A stretch of 64,000 nt of DNA. Source: Mobula hypostoma. Its lineage: Eukaryota. The notes below the pieces were generated by a model. The model was not told the origin of the DNA and did no database searches. It saw only the letters and a list, made by a program, of their open reading frames with translations. The position numbers and the translations under genes are program-made. The stretch lies in assembly GCF_963921235.1 (NCBI RefSeq), contig NC_086101.1, forward strand, positions 31,806,001 through 31,870,000. The letters run 5' to 3'. Below are positions 21,594 to 34,999 of the stretch, piece by piece (positions within the stretch are counted from its first letter, which is position 1; each line of letters starts with the position of its first letter).

Positions 21594-24500
21594 ATCCGAC
21601 TCGTTATCTTCACAACTCCACTTCCTGCGAGTCCCTTTTCCTCACCTACTGGTGTCTGGGCATCGCGGGCCGGTTCCTGTGCCCTGTAATGGCTGGGTTT
21701 TAGAATGCCCGGAGGTTGGTGACTCAAAGTTTTTTTGAGGGGATGGTTCCCATCACAAATAATGGCGCGACCGCACCGTCACACCAGGGGACCGGGGAAG
21801 GGACTAAACGGGCAGGGAGCAGTGTGTAGGCGATGAGGTAACTGGCGCCCGGAAAGGTGTTTCACGGAATAGACACCTGTGATCGGAGGCACAATGAGCA
21901 ACTCTGCTCCAGTTCACCAGCTGAATCTTGTCACTGCAGCCTCAGGTGCATGTCCATCTCCCCTATAATGCCTATAGTGCTCCCTCTCTGCACACGATCT
22001 GGCACATCTCCCTCAGACCACCTCTTCCTCACTTAAACTCCACGATCATTCATGTCTTTTCAAGGCTGCGGATAGATTTTAAATTTTAGGAGAACCAGAC
22101 AACATGGGGCCAGGAATTAATGATGGGGAATTCTAAAATGGCAGAGGTTCTACCTTGATCTCACTGGCAGATCGCGGAAAACATCTCAATAATGGAATCT
22201 TCATCACGAGAAGCAAGGTATAAGGCAAACTATTTTGGGGCAAAGGTAAGTACCCAGGATATGAGGGTCTGTATCCTGGGCTCCCGAAGCACATCGCTGT
22301 AGAGTCAATGATTCACCAAAATTCCCTGGATTCTCCGGAGAGGTCCTAGAGCATTGCAACACCACCATTCAAGGAAGGAGGGAGAGAGAAGTGGGAGCCT
22401 GTAGATCAGTTACTGGGAAAATACTGGACCAGCATCAGGACACTTAGAAAAAAGGCAGAATCAATGTGACTTTATGAAAAGGAAATTGTGTTTGAGAACA
22501 TTTGTCAGACATTTGTGAGGATAGATAGGGGGTCCAATGATATACTGTTTCTGGGTTTCCGGATGCTCAGTATAAAAACTTCCTGCACAAGACATCACAG
22601 GGTTAGCGGTGACAGATCATCTTGGAGAGAGCGGTGGGAGTGTAACAGAGGACAGAGAGCCGTGATCAGTTAAACTGGTGAGTGTTCACAGGGGCTGAAA
22701 CCTCTGATGCTGATGATGTGAATGCAGGGACTGAGTGCATTGTAGCCCGATCTACTGGTGATACACAGATATGTGGGGCAGCACGATGCAAGGGGGGCAC
22801 GAAGAGGGATATGGAGAGGAGAGGTGAGGTGAATGGGCAAGGTGTTGGCAGGTTGAACGTAAGGAAGGGAAAACCTGAGTTTACTGACTAGCGAGGCGGG
22901 AGGTGGGGGTGGGGATGAAAAGACAAGTTTCCATAAACGCCGCCTGGCCTGCTGAGTTCCTCCAGCACTTTGTGTGCGTTGCTCAGTTTTCCAGCATCTG
23001 CAGATTTCCTCTTGTCTGGGATTGAACTCTGGCAGGGTGTTTTCCCAGGGTAGGGGTGGGGGTGAAGGAGATCTGGAAATAGTGAGCAGAGTCCCGGAAT
23101 GATGCCTGTATCATGCGGCTGTGAGGTAGAATTCCTTCCCTCCGCGGGGTGAGGGAGGGGCGACTTTCGAAATCTCACCCCCAGGGAGTGGTGGAGGCAG
23201 AGTCGGTCAACACCTTCAAGTTGGAGACTGACAGATATCGAAACTGCATGGCGGTCGAGGGGTCCGGGGAGACCACAGGAAGGTGGTGTGGAGGCCAAGG
23301 TCGAATCAGCCAAGACCTTTTTGGAGTGGCAGAGCAGGCAGGAAGGGCCGAATGGTCTGACACTGGCCCACATCCTTGTACAGACAGAACTGGAAAGGCC
23401 GAATGGACAGTCCTGGACAATATCGTTGCACAAACAGCCATGGAGGGTCGGGTGATGAATGGGAAGAGCACTTGGTTACCTGATCCGTTCCAGGCTGGAC
23501 ACCGGGGACGGGCAGAGTCAGTGACCACAAGGAGCTGAACAACGAACAGGGGCGGGGTAAATCCCCGTTCAGCAGCCGGGCACACCTGGGGAGGAGGTGC
23601 TGGAGTGGGGAGCAGTGGGCCTCGGGAGGGGTTGGGTGGTGTGGTGACAGGGTAATCGAGGTGGAAGTAGTGAGGGGAAACAGGAGCGAGGAGACCAGGA
23701 TGGGAAGACACGTTTAAAGAGGGAAGGGTCACTATGGGCTCAGAGTGAGAATAATATCTAAAAGAAAATGAGTGAAGTTGTTAATGGGACAGAGACATAT
23801 GGCAAGATTTGGAAATACATATCCTGGTAATATATTCATTTTTAAACAATACTTTTTATCAGGTGGATCTCTCCAACAATTCAACAGCTAAATCCTTACA
23901 ACACCGATTACATTCCAAGTAGACAGTTAGCACCTTATACACCAGGGAGTGGTGATCTGGACGCAGTGTCCCCAGGTAACTGCACACCATAACAACACTG
24001 ACGCAGTGGCCTTTAGCAAATGCCACGCACTGAAAGAAGCTGCCTGTGATGCTGCGTGAGACTTCAGCACACCTGAGTCACCCTCAGACCCAGTTCATGG
24101 CGAGCAGGAGGCTGCCATCCCCAGAGAGCAGCGAGCAGGTAAAGAGGGGGCCAAACCCGGCAGAGTGCTGTGCACAGGGTGCCGCTTCAGAGCAGGGCAG
24201 CGGGCCGCTGATCGCTCCACTGGGCGAGGGTAGCGCAGGGGGTCGGAGATAGGGCTGCGCGTCGACCTTTGGAAAGGGCTGCTGGAGGGGGGAGCGAAGT
24301 GAGGAACTGAGAGCAGCGCAGACACTGTGGACCAATCTCTCGCATTCTCAGAATCAGTAACCGGGCACAGTCCGACTCCGGGCATGAACGGAGATCACAG
24401 CGGACGGCTGTGAGCTGAATATTACATCCCGGTGGTAGATGCGTGACGACACATTCCAGTGTGCAGAGTGACGAGGCAGTGGGATCAACTTAAACAGAGG

Positions 24501-24789
24501 AGAGGGGTGACGGGACAGCAGGGTCTTTATCTGAACGACAGCACCGTGCAGGTCTGTGGTGAACACGGCGGGGCGGGGTGAAACCTCCCAAAACAGCTGG
24601 TGGATACATTCTTCTACAAAATGGCACCTCTCCTGCATTTCTTCTGTTCCTGACGATGGCTGCCGGCTTTAACCACGAACAGCGGCGTGACAGACTCTCT
24701 GGCGCGATAACCTCCACCCACAGGTAATCCCGCAAAGCGATTCTTCGGGCGTGCGAAACCGCAGGGAGTAATCGGCGGCCCAACCTGCG

Positions 24790-25600
24790 CAGTCGCCATC
24801 TTCCCCGCTGTGCTTTGTCTGATGTTGTAACAAGTATCTAAAACTCTTGAACCTCTTTTGGCACAGGGCTGACTGAAAGGCTTTCTCCTCAGCGTGATGC
24901 TGCGTTAGATTACTGGACGTGTAAAAGCACTTTCTGCGCACTGAACATGCAAAAGGCCTCTCCCCAGTGTGGATGTGTGAAATCTCTTCTCACACACTGC
25001 GCACCTGGGCCTCTTCTCCCCGGTGTGAACCCGTTGATGCTCGATCAGGTAACCAGACCGGGAAAACCGCTCCCCGCACACAGTCCATTCGAAAGGCTTC
25101 TCTCCGGTGTGAATCTTCTGATGCTGGGTCAAAAGACTGGAGGTAGAGAACCGCTTTTTACACGCAGCACATTCAAACGCTTCCCCATCCGCCTGGACCT
25201 GCTGATGTTGGATCAGATTACTGGACGTGTGAAATCTCCTCGCACGCACGCTACATTCACACGGCTTCTCGCCCGTGTGAATCTGCTCGTGTTTGCTCAG
25301 GTCACAAGCTCTGTAGAACTTCCTTGAGCACAGAGCACAGGCAAACGTCTTCTCGCCGCTATGAATTTTCCGTGTTGAATAGGAGTACTGGATGTGTGAT
25401 TTCTCTTCCTGCAGACGATGCACTCGAAAGGCTTCTCTCCGGTGTGAACCCCCTGGTGCTTGGTGACCTCGCTGGAGGAGTGAAACCGCACCTCGCAAGA
25501 GGCGCACTCGAAAGGCTTCTCCCCGCTGTGGATGCGCAAGAGCGTGTCCAGCGAAAGCGCTTCCCGCACGCGTGGCACGGCGAGGCGTCCCCGCACCGAC
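24790..25600 (-). pseudogene. C2H2 zinc-finger array (about 10-11 fingers), frameshifted
   Basis: HSGEKPF/HTGEKPF linkers are spread over ORFs 25359-25733, 25297-25596, 24905-25636 and 24669-24941 in different frames. Several fingers lack Cys or His (CSVR, WTVC, HQQVQ). Confidence 0.85.
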
Positions 25601-26307
25601 TGCCCAGGAACTGCCGGCTGCAGTCAGCTGCTCCACCGGCTCTCTGCATAATCCTCGTCAGTGTTTCGCGTTTGTTTCGTCTTGTCCTGTAATCCATTCT
25701 CTGCAGCCCGGGATGTCTCCCAGACAAGAGCAAAAGGAATCAGTGATCAGCTGGGAATGTCGGGAAAACCGGTTTCGGGGAAAGGGATTCAGTGAGGAAA
25801 GGAACACACATCAAAGTTGCTGGTGAACGCAGCAGGCCAGGCAGCATCTGTAGGAAGAGGTGCAGTCGACGTTTCAGGCCGAGACCCTTCGGTGAGGTAA
25901 GGGATTATTTACGTGAGCTGGCATAGACAGAGGAAGGCCGATTGGCCTTCTCCATCATATAAAATTATGATCTGACTGTAACCTTAAACCCATAAGCCTG
26001 TCCATCTGTTCACCCCCTGCTAGTCACGTATCTACTCACTTCTGTCTTTAAAAAGATTCAAAGACTCTGCATACACTGGTCTTTACCAAGATCATAACTC
26101 TCTGACAGAAAGACACGATAGCTTTTCGCTCTGCCTCAACCGGCTGACCTCATAGTTTTAAACACTGGCCCTTGGTCCTAGATTCGAGGAAGGTGATTCT
26201 AGATTCAAAAGGGAATACAAGTTGGGGGCACAAGACACTGCGGGTGCTGGAAGTGGGCAGCACTGTGCAAAGTGCTGGAGGAACTCAATGTGTCTGGCAG
26301 CGTCTGT

Positions 26308-26557
26308 GGGCGACACGGTGGTGAGCATCACGCTGTTACAGTGCAGGTCACCTGCGTTCAACTCCTGACACTGCCTGTAAGGAGCCTGTACTGTCCATTC
26401 TCCCCGTGACCATGTGGATTTCCTCCGGATGCTCCAGTTTCCTCCACATTCCAGAGACGTAGGGGCTGGTAGATTGATGACGTGAGCGTAAGTTGCGGGA
26501 GGCGTGGGTTCGTTGGACTGGAGGGACCTGTTACCATATTGTATCTCTAAATTAAAA
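26308..26557 (+). mobile_element. tRNA-derived V-SINE (HE1-like)
   Basis: ggcgacacggtgg..cgctgttacagtgc..gttcaactcc head and central ttctccccgtgaccatgtggatttcctccgg..ctccagtttcctcc V-domain. Confidence 0.7.
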
Positions 26558-26719
26558 TGTTCAAGTTCTGGGCAGGGAAATGCACAATCAACGTTTTGGG
26601 TAGAGACCCCTCATCATGACTGAGTGACGGAGAGGTTACGTTATTTGTCTCATAACTCAAAGACCCCGAGATCAAATCTCACTATGAAGAAATTCCTTCA
26701 TTCAGACAGGACTAATATA

Positions 26720-27945
26720 ACCATATAACAATTGCAGCACGGAAACAGGCCATCTCGGCCCTTCTAGTCCATGCCGAACTCTTACCCTATCCTTCCCCCT
26801 CCGACCTGCACTCAGCCCATAACCCTCCATTCCTTTCCTGTCCATATATCTATCCAATTTAACTTTAAACGACATCATCAAACCTGCCTCAACAACTTCT
26901 GCTGGAAGCTCGTTCCACACAGCTACCACTCTCTGAGTAAAGAAGTTCCCCCCATGTTACCCCTAAACTTTTGTCCTTTAACTCTCAACCCATGTCCTCT
27001 TGTTTGAATCTTCCCCACTCTCAATGGAAAGAATCTAACCACGTCAACTCTATCAATCCCCCTCATAATTTTAAACACCTCTATCAAGTCCCCCCCCCTC
27101 AACCTTCTATGCTCCAAAGAATAAAGACATAACTTGTTCAACCTTTCTCTGTAACTTAGGAGATGAAACCCAGGCAACATTTTAGTAAACCTCCTCTGTA
27201 CTCTCTCAATTTAGTAAACCTCCTCCACTACTCTCTGGCATCTCCCATCTAGCCACCGCCGAATGCATTTTACTACTTCCATATTAATGCCTAATGATTG
27301 AACCTTCCTAACTAACCTTCCATGTGGAGCCTTGTCAAAGGCCTTACTGAAGTCCATATAGACAACATCCACCGTTTTACCCTCATTAACTTTCTTAGTA
27401 ACCTCATCAAAAAATTCAATAAGATTTGTCAAACATGACCTTCCACACACAAATCCATATTGACTGTTCCTAATCAGACCCTGTCTATCCAGATAATTAT
27501 ATACACCATCTCTAAGAATACTTTCCATCAATTTACCCACCACTGACGTCAAACTCACAGGCCGATAATTGCCAGGTTTACTCTTAGACACTTTTTTAAA
27601 CAATGGAACCACATGAGCAATACGCCAATCCTCCGGCACCATCCCTGTTTCTAATGACATTTGAAATATTTCTGTCAGAGCCCCTGCTATTTCCACACTA
27701 ACTTCCCTCAAAGTCCTAGGGAATATCTTGTCCGGACCTGGACACTTACCACTTTTATATTCCTTAAAAGTGCCAGTACTTCCTCTTCTTTAATTCTCAT
27801 ACTTTCCATAACTACCCTACTTGTTTCCTTTACCCTACACAATTCAATATTCTTCTCCTTAGTGAATACCAAAGAAAAGAAATTGTTCAAAATCTCCCCC
27901 ATCTCTTTTGGCTCCGCACATAGCCGTCCACTCTGATTCTTCAAG
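26720..27945 (-). mobile_element. CR1 LINE RT fragments
   Basis: ORF 27211-27711 (PGNYRPVSLTSVVGKLME, SCLTNLIEFF, DFSKAFDK) and a 3' tail at 26720-27180. Confidence 0.9.
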
Positions 27946-28103
27946 GGATTATTTGGAATTTTCTACCCTGGAGGTTAATGATCTGGAATTAACACCAATC
28001 TGTTGGGCCTGGGTGAAAAAAAAATGCAGATGCTGGAAATCTAAAACAGAAACAGAAACTGTTGGAAAAGAATTTAGCTGGTCGGGTCCAGAAGGGTCTG
28101 TGA

Positions 28104-28740
28104 CATAGTTCCCTCTAAGCTGTGCGCCTGTGCGCAAGCACACACGGTTTTCAACCAGCGCACAAAGGAAATTAATGTGGGCACAAAAGGTTACTTACCT
28201 AAAATAACGTAGTAGTTAATAATTATACTTATTGAAAATAATCTTTTAGCTAACTGTTTCTGTTAACTAGTTAGTCGGTTTTTCAAATACCACAATGCAC
28301 GTCACTAATTTACGTCACCTCACCTATCCTGTTCCAGTTTGTACAGCTGCATCACGGCGGCAGCTATGTTTGGCGGACAGTGTTCATATCGCAAAGTTTA
28401 CAAAGATCTGTTTCAAATCCTGTAGATAGCTTACTAAGTTTTTATTGGAAAAAATATTGATTCACTATGTCGAATTCAAAAGAAGCGAAGGGTGTGAAGC
28501 GCAAAAGAACTGCAAATTTGTTTAAAGTTGAATGGCTTAACAAAATAGTAGAAACTGCAACACGGAAAGCTCATGAGGTCATGAACGTTCAGCTACGAGA
28601 AATATTTATGTACGATTCAGAAACTCGAGTTATCTGTTTGCATTGTCGTGATGCGAAAGTTGCTGGAGAATTTGCTAGTGGAAAGAAGTGAGATGATATT
28701 TGGAAACTTGACTTTTTGAAGTGTCATTTGGCAAGTAAAG
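28104..28740 (+). mobile_element. hAT transposon 5' end with TTF-type zinc-finger transposase N-terminus
   Basis: TIR-like CATAGTTCCCTCTAAG; ORF 28467-28691 (FKVEWL..CLHCRD..FASGKK) continues past a stop as DIWKLDFLKCHLASK. Confidence 0.7.
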
Positions 28741-28749
28741 CGCCACGGT

Positions 28750-29805
28750 TAACCACACAAAAAGTGAGACCTTGCTCTTCGGCAACTGACCCAGCCGATC
28801 CTGTACCCCCTTCACGGTCCGGTGCTGGGGATCTGGTTTGGAGGGGCTGAGTTGGGCAAAGAATTGGCTGCAGTGACTGGGAAGGTGAAGCAGAAATTGG
28901 GTCTGCGGGGAAGATGCTCCCTATCAATAACTGGGAAGACTCTGGTCATCAGGTGTGAGGTGCCCTCAGAGCTGATGTACTTGGTCCCTTGCTCCTCCAG
29001 CTTGGGAATCACTTGAGCTGCCTTCAGGGAATCCAAGGTGGAGGAAGTAAAACAGGTCAGTGCACAAGTCCATGGACACTGCGGACAAAAACATACCAAT
29101 GGCACCCTGACCCTGATGACCCCCTTCATGAATGGTTGCATCAGGCTGTGTGTGGAACCGAGGAAGTGAGCATCAAGTTCCACTATGTGCCGAGGATCTA
29201 CCTGTCCCGTGTTGCGAAGATGTTGCCGGCCTAGTTGTCCTTATTAGCTCAGTACTTTTTTAAATTTCTGTTTTTGCATTACTTACTTAATTTAACTATT
29301 TTTATATATAAAATATAAATTTACTGGGATCTTGTTTTTTTCCCGATATTATCATGTATTGCATTGTACTGCTGCCGCAAAGTTAACAAATTTCACGACA
29401 AATGCTGGTGACTCTGATACTGAATTACTCCAGCCCGTCACCTTTGACTACAAGGCCATCAGCATGGGTCAGCACAGAGCTTCTCGAAAACGCTGCAGGG
29501 AAAGGACTCGATGGACACGGCGGGGTGGCTTCCTGAGCAGACGGTCGGAACCATCTGGCTCACTGCCAGATCCCACCGGCAGATAGCGTGAACTTGCCTG
29601 GCATGCAGTGAGAGGGGTCCTCCCAGACTGTTCCCTCCTGCTTGTCCGGTTCGTCACTCCTGCTGTGCGCTGCCCAAGGGACGATGGAGGTGAGGTTTGC
29701 AAAGAGGGTGTGAAGAAAGATGCGAGGGCCTGTGTCACAGTAGTTCAACCCAAGTGTCGCAGAGGACTCTCTGCCGTACAGGCTGTTCCCAAGGACGGAC
29801 GGAGG

Positions 29806-29853
<48 letters not shown>

Positions 29854-30290
29854 GACATCTATGTTGTTCGCAGATCATTAACTCAGTGAAAGACGCTCTT
29901 TGGTCAGCCTGAAACTCGTTGATCTGCCAGCACATCGAGATTTCCATGGAAGAAAGCTGCCATCTGACCTAGTCCAGGCTGCAGGAGTACGTATTTGCTG
30001 AGGGACACACTGATGCTTGGGGCAGCCACTGTAAGGGCTGGGTGGGGGAAGGACTGGGTGGGGAAGGACCACAGTGTAAAATTCTTCTTGTGCTGGAGAG
30101 GGAAGGGCTGGGTTGGAGGAGAAAGCCCCTCCGTTACTACTGTAGCAGTGTCCCACCCCAGGGAGCAATGAATGCATTGGAACAGAACAGAAAGCATTGT
30201 CTATGGATGTAAAGAATAAAAACGCATTCAACTGTTTATCCTTGTAAATAATTTATTAAGAATAAAGTTTATTCTGTTTAAAAAAAGTAG
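28750..30290 (+). mobile_element. Degraded Tx1-family ORF2 3' half and 3'UTR, with (CA)n at about 29810-29852
   Basis: LGIWFGG..KVKQKLGL..SITGKTLVIRCEV and QIINSVKDALWSA. AATAAA plus A-run near 30263-30288, followed by non-U1 sequence. Confidence 0.85.
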
Positions 30291-31099
30291 TGTACCACCC
30301 AGAGGACCACATGAGTGACAATGTTGCTATTGGCTTTAAAAAAATATAACTGAGGATTGTCTACTAGTAAGTAAAAAGGTGTTGCAAAGTTTATACTTGT
30401 AAATATTTTTATTCTGAATAAAGTATATTTTTATAAAAATAGAAATTCCCCTCTAAACCCCATTCACTTTATTCAAACCAAATCACTTTTCCAAAGTGAT
30501 TTAACTTTTGAAAAGCAGCATTATATAGTCCAGCTTCTGCCGTGACAGCAGTGACTTGTCACTAAACCCAACCAGAAAGGTAAACACCCAAGTGATAGAT
30601 TTCCCTGTAGAATAAGGGTTCCCAGCCTGGGGTCTGTGATATTGGTCCATGGCATGAGAAAGGTTGGGAACCTTGGCATAGAAAAAGGCCCAGCCAAGGA
30701 TTACACTCTTCCACCCAAGTTTTCTTCATCAACATCCCACCGTCGATCAGATTTCCTGCAGAGGAGGAGGGGAGTGGGAGAGAGATTGATATAGTGAGAC
30801 AAACCCACAGAAACTTCCGTAGTCAAGCTTCCCCCAATACTGACAGTGAAACCCACTGAAACCACCCACGCAACAGTGAGGATAATGTCTCGGCATTCCC
30901 AATTCCCAATATCCACTGTAATGTAACCCGGATATCCTCCCGCTCCCCCACCATCCCATCTAACAGCCTCACCCCATAACTCCCCATCACAACACCCCAC
31001 AACCCCCGCAAGACGGCAGTGGTGTGGAACCCCGGTCACAAACTGCACGAGAACCAGGAACACGATTCCCTGGAATCAAGCGAAGCCACAGCCCGTTCA

Positions 31100-33200
31100 G
31101 AATCACTGGCATATGTTATGAAATTTGTTGTTAATGCGGCAGCAGTACGATGCAATGCATAATAAGAACGACAAATATAAATATATATTTAAGAAGTAAA
31201 ACAAATAGTGCAAAAAGAGAAAGTAAAAATATTGAGCTGGTGTTCATGGGTTCGATGTCCATTCAGAAATCTGATGACAGAGGGGAAGAAGCTGTTCCTG
31301 AATCATTGAGTGTGTGCCTACAGGTCCTGTACCCGCCTCTGATGGTAGCAATGAGAAGAGGGCATGTCCTGGGTGATGGCAGCCCTTACTGCTGGATGCC
31401 ACCTTTTTGAAGCATCACTTCCTGAAGATTACCTGGATGCTGGGGAGGTTAGTGTCCATGATGGAGCTGATTGAGTTTACTTTCTGCATCTTATTCTGAT
31501 CCTGTACAGTACCCCCCACCCCCCACCATACCAGGTGGTGATGCAGCCGGTTGGAATGCTTTCCACGGTACATCTGCTGAAATTTGCCAATGTCTTTGGT
31601 GACAATATCAACATTCCTCAAACTGCTAATGAAATATAGTCACTGTCATGTCCTCTGTCGACCTGCATCAAGATTTTGGGCCTGAATAGATTCTTAGGGC
31701 TGTTGACATCCAGGGACTTAGAATTGTTCAGAATCAGATTTAATTTCACCGGCATAGGTCATGAAATTTGTTAACTTTATGGCAGCAGTGCAATGAAATA
31801 CATGATAAATAAATATATAGGAAAAAATTGAGTTACTTTAAGTATATATATGTCTATTAAATAGTTAATTTAAAATGAGTGGTGTGGAATAATGGGAATA
31901 AAAAAAGTAGTGAGGTAGTTTTCGTGGGTTCAATGTCCATTTAGGAATCGGATGGCAGAGGGGAAGAAGCTGTTCCTGAATCGCTGAGTGTGTGCCTTCA
32001 GGCTTCTGTACCTCCTACCTGATGGTAACAATGTGAAGAGGGTGGTGGGGATTTTTAAAGATGGACACTGCCTCCTAAGGCATCGCAACTTGAAGATGTC
32101 TTGGATACTACGGAGGCTGGTACCCTTGATAGAGCTGACTAATTTTGCAAGTTTCTGCAACTTATTTTGATCTTGTGCAGTAGCCCCCCGCCCCCCACCC
32201 CCCATACCAGAGGGTGATGCAGCCAGTCAGAATGCTCTCCACAGTACATTTGTAGAAGTTTGAATGTTTTAGTTGACAAACCAAATCTCCTCAAACTCCT
32301 AATGAAATATAGCCGCTGTCTTGCCTCCTTTATAGCTGCATCAATATGTTGCGTCCAGGTTAAGTCCTCAGAGATATTGACACCCAGGAACTTGAAGTTG
32401 CTCACTCTCTCCACTTCTGATCCCTCTATGAGGATTGGTTTGCGTTTCCTCGTCTTGCCCTTCCTGAAGTCCACAAGCAGCTGGTTAATCTTACTGACAT
32501 TGAGTGCAACTGAGTTACATTAAGTATATATATGTCTATTAAATAGTTAAATTAGTTGACTACAAGGTTGTTGCTGTCACACTACTCAACTAACTGGTAT
32601 GTCTCCCTCCTGTACACCCTTTCGTCACCATCTGAAATTCTGCTGACAATGGTTGTATCATCAGCAAATTTATAGCCACACAGTCATGGGTGTAGAGAGA
32701 GCAGAACAGTGGGCTAAGCACACGTCCCTGTGGAGCACCAGTGTTACTTGCCAGTGAGATGGAGATGTTTTTTCCTAACCGCTCAGATTGTGGTCTTCTG
32801 TTTAGAACGTCGAGGATCCAGTTGCAGAGGAAGGTACAGAGGCCCAGGATCTGTAGCTTTGTGAACAGGACTGTAGGAATGATGTGTTAAGTGCTGAGCT
32901 ATAGTCAAACAAACAGCATTGTCCAGGTGATCCAAGGCTGCGTGGAGAGCCATTGAGATCACGTCTGCAGCAGACCCATTATGGTGATGGGCAAATTACA
33001 GTGGGTCCAGGTTCTTTCTGAGAGGGGTGTTGATTGTAGCCATGACAAGCCGCTGAAAGCGTATTATCACCGCAGATGTGAGCACTACTGGGTGATAGCC
33101 GCTGAGGCAGCTCACACTGCTCTTCTTGGGCACTGGTATAATTGTTGCCCTTTCTGAAGGCAACAATCAATTCCTTAGTTTTAGTGACATTGAATACGAG
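31100..33200 (-). mobile_element. Cluster of Rex1/Babar-type LINE fragments
   Basis: Repeated 3' tails (LLPSGRRYRSLKAHTQRFRNSFFP) and RT pieces (FKFLGVNISEDLTWTQHI). Confidence 0.75.
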
Positions 33201-33466
33201 GTTGTTGCTGTGACACCACTCAACCTCGCTCCTGTACGCCTTCTTCTCACCATCTGAAATTCTGCAAACAGTAGTTGTGTCATCAGCAAATTTATAGATG
33301 GCATTTGAATTGTGCCATTTATAAATTCCAAGGGTGAGATGCTGTGGGACTGGTTACTGCCCATCTCAGAGTACTAGTTCCAGTGCCCAGACTGTGCTGT
33401 AATGACCAGCTCAGTGACAAGAGCTGGGAAAACGAGCATTGACCAGAGCCCAACACAGTTCCTACC

Positions 33467-33513
33467 TCAGGCCACGTCGGAGGAGTTGGGAGAGGATTCT
33501 TCTTTGTCAGAAG
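33467..33513 (-). CDS. MHC class I gene 1 last coding exon (TSDKEESSPNSSDVA*)
   Basis: Acceptor ttcacag; TGA then G|gtagga donor. Paralogous to 57323-57369. Confidence 0.88.
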
Positions 33514-33693
33514 CTGTGAATGAAAGGACAGGCAGGAAAACATTTACTACCAATGTAGTGCAGACACGGAGAAACAAAGACATATGCACACACTGTACAG
33601 ACACAGGTTAAAGTCTGTAGAGATAAACAAGCACAGATACAAAGACATGCACACAGACAGCCCCAGATCCCTTAATAAGATATGTTAAACATA

Positions 33694-34379
33694 CACTCAG
33701 TGGCCTCTTTATTAGGTCAACCTGCTTGTTAATATAATCAGCCGACTTTGTGGCAGCAACTCAAACATAAAGGCAAGCATGAAAGAGGTTCAGTCGTCGT
33801 TCAGACCAAAGGTTCATTTATTATCAAAGCATTTTGCAGTATACAGTTCTAAGATTCGTCTTCTCCAGACAGCCATGAAACAAAGAAAACCATGGAAGTC
33901 ATTGAAACAAAGGCACCCCCCCCCCACTTCACACAAAAAAGAAATAAAATCCTGCAAACCCCAAATCCCCTTCTTGCACACAAAATACTAACAGGATGGG
34001 GAACAATTGTGATCAAAGTGACTTTGACCGTGGAATGATCGTTGGTGCCAGATGAGGTGGCTTGAGTATTTCAGAAACTGCCAATCTGTTGGGATTTTCA
34101 CTCAAAACAGTTCTAGAATTTACAGAGAATGATGAAAATCAACATCGAGTGAGCGGCATGTCTGTGGGAGAAAACACCTTGTTAACGAGAGAGGTCAGGG
34201 GAGAATGAGCAGACAGGTTCAAGCTGACAGAAGAATGAGGTTAACTCAAGTAGCCATACGTGTGGAAAACCAATGGTGTGGAGAGGAGCATCTCTGAACA
34301 TACAACACATTGAACCTTGAAATGGATGGACTACAGCAGCAGACTATTCCAGGTGTACTTAATGAAGTGCCAGTGAGTG
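33694..34379 (+). mobile_element. Tc1/mariner non-autonomous element in a gene 1 intron
   Basis: TA TSD, TIRs CACTCAGTGGC../..GCCAGTGAGTG and an HTH remnant DFDRGMIVGAR..SISETANLLGFS. Confidence 0.85.
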
Positions 34380-34426
34380 TAACTACTGCAACACGACCAT
34401 CCAGACGTGATTTATAGTGAACTTAC

Positions 34427-34456
34427 TTCTGGTGGGATTGTAGCCGCTCTCCCCCT
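34427..34456 (-). CDS. MHC class I gene 1 cytoplasmic exon (EGESGYNPTR)
   Basis: tttacag|...|gtaagt, 30 nt, conserved GYNP motif. Paralogous to 57622-57651. Confidence 0.88.
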
Positions 34457-34999
34457 CTGTAAACTACAGAGAAGGCTCCCATGTCCCGAGCATATAACCT
34501 TGTATGCTCAATACCGGATGCACCCAGTGAGCTCTGAACCCCATTCAAACCATAGTCCAGATAGAAGTTGGGAAAGCATTAACTTTCCCAGCCCACTGCA
34601 ACACCAATGAGACATCTCTCCGTAAAAGACTGAACAAAGTTGGCGGGAGACCGGGTGGGAAGGGGGAGGTCCGCAGTGACCATTTACTCGGATACTGTCC
34701 CCATCAGGTCCATCAGGTGGGAATATACACAAGGATGAGAAGCACAGATGAGGCAGGGAGGAGAAACCATTTCCCCAGGGCAGAAGTCTAAGAACGAGGA
34801 GCAACTGAACCTGAAACAACCTGAGAAAAGATTTTCCCCAGGAGGAGACTGGAACACACTGTGTGGGGGGATGGTGGAAACCCTCATATCATTGAAGTCG
34901 GATCTAGAGAGGCACTTAATTACCAATGTACAGAGAGATACAAAATGGGATCAGTCTGGACAGCAGGGGACAAGGGCTTCATACTGTACCATATGACTC

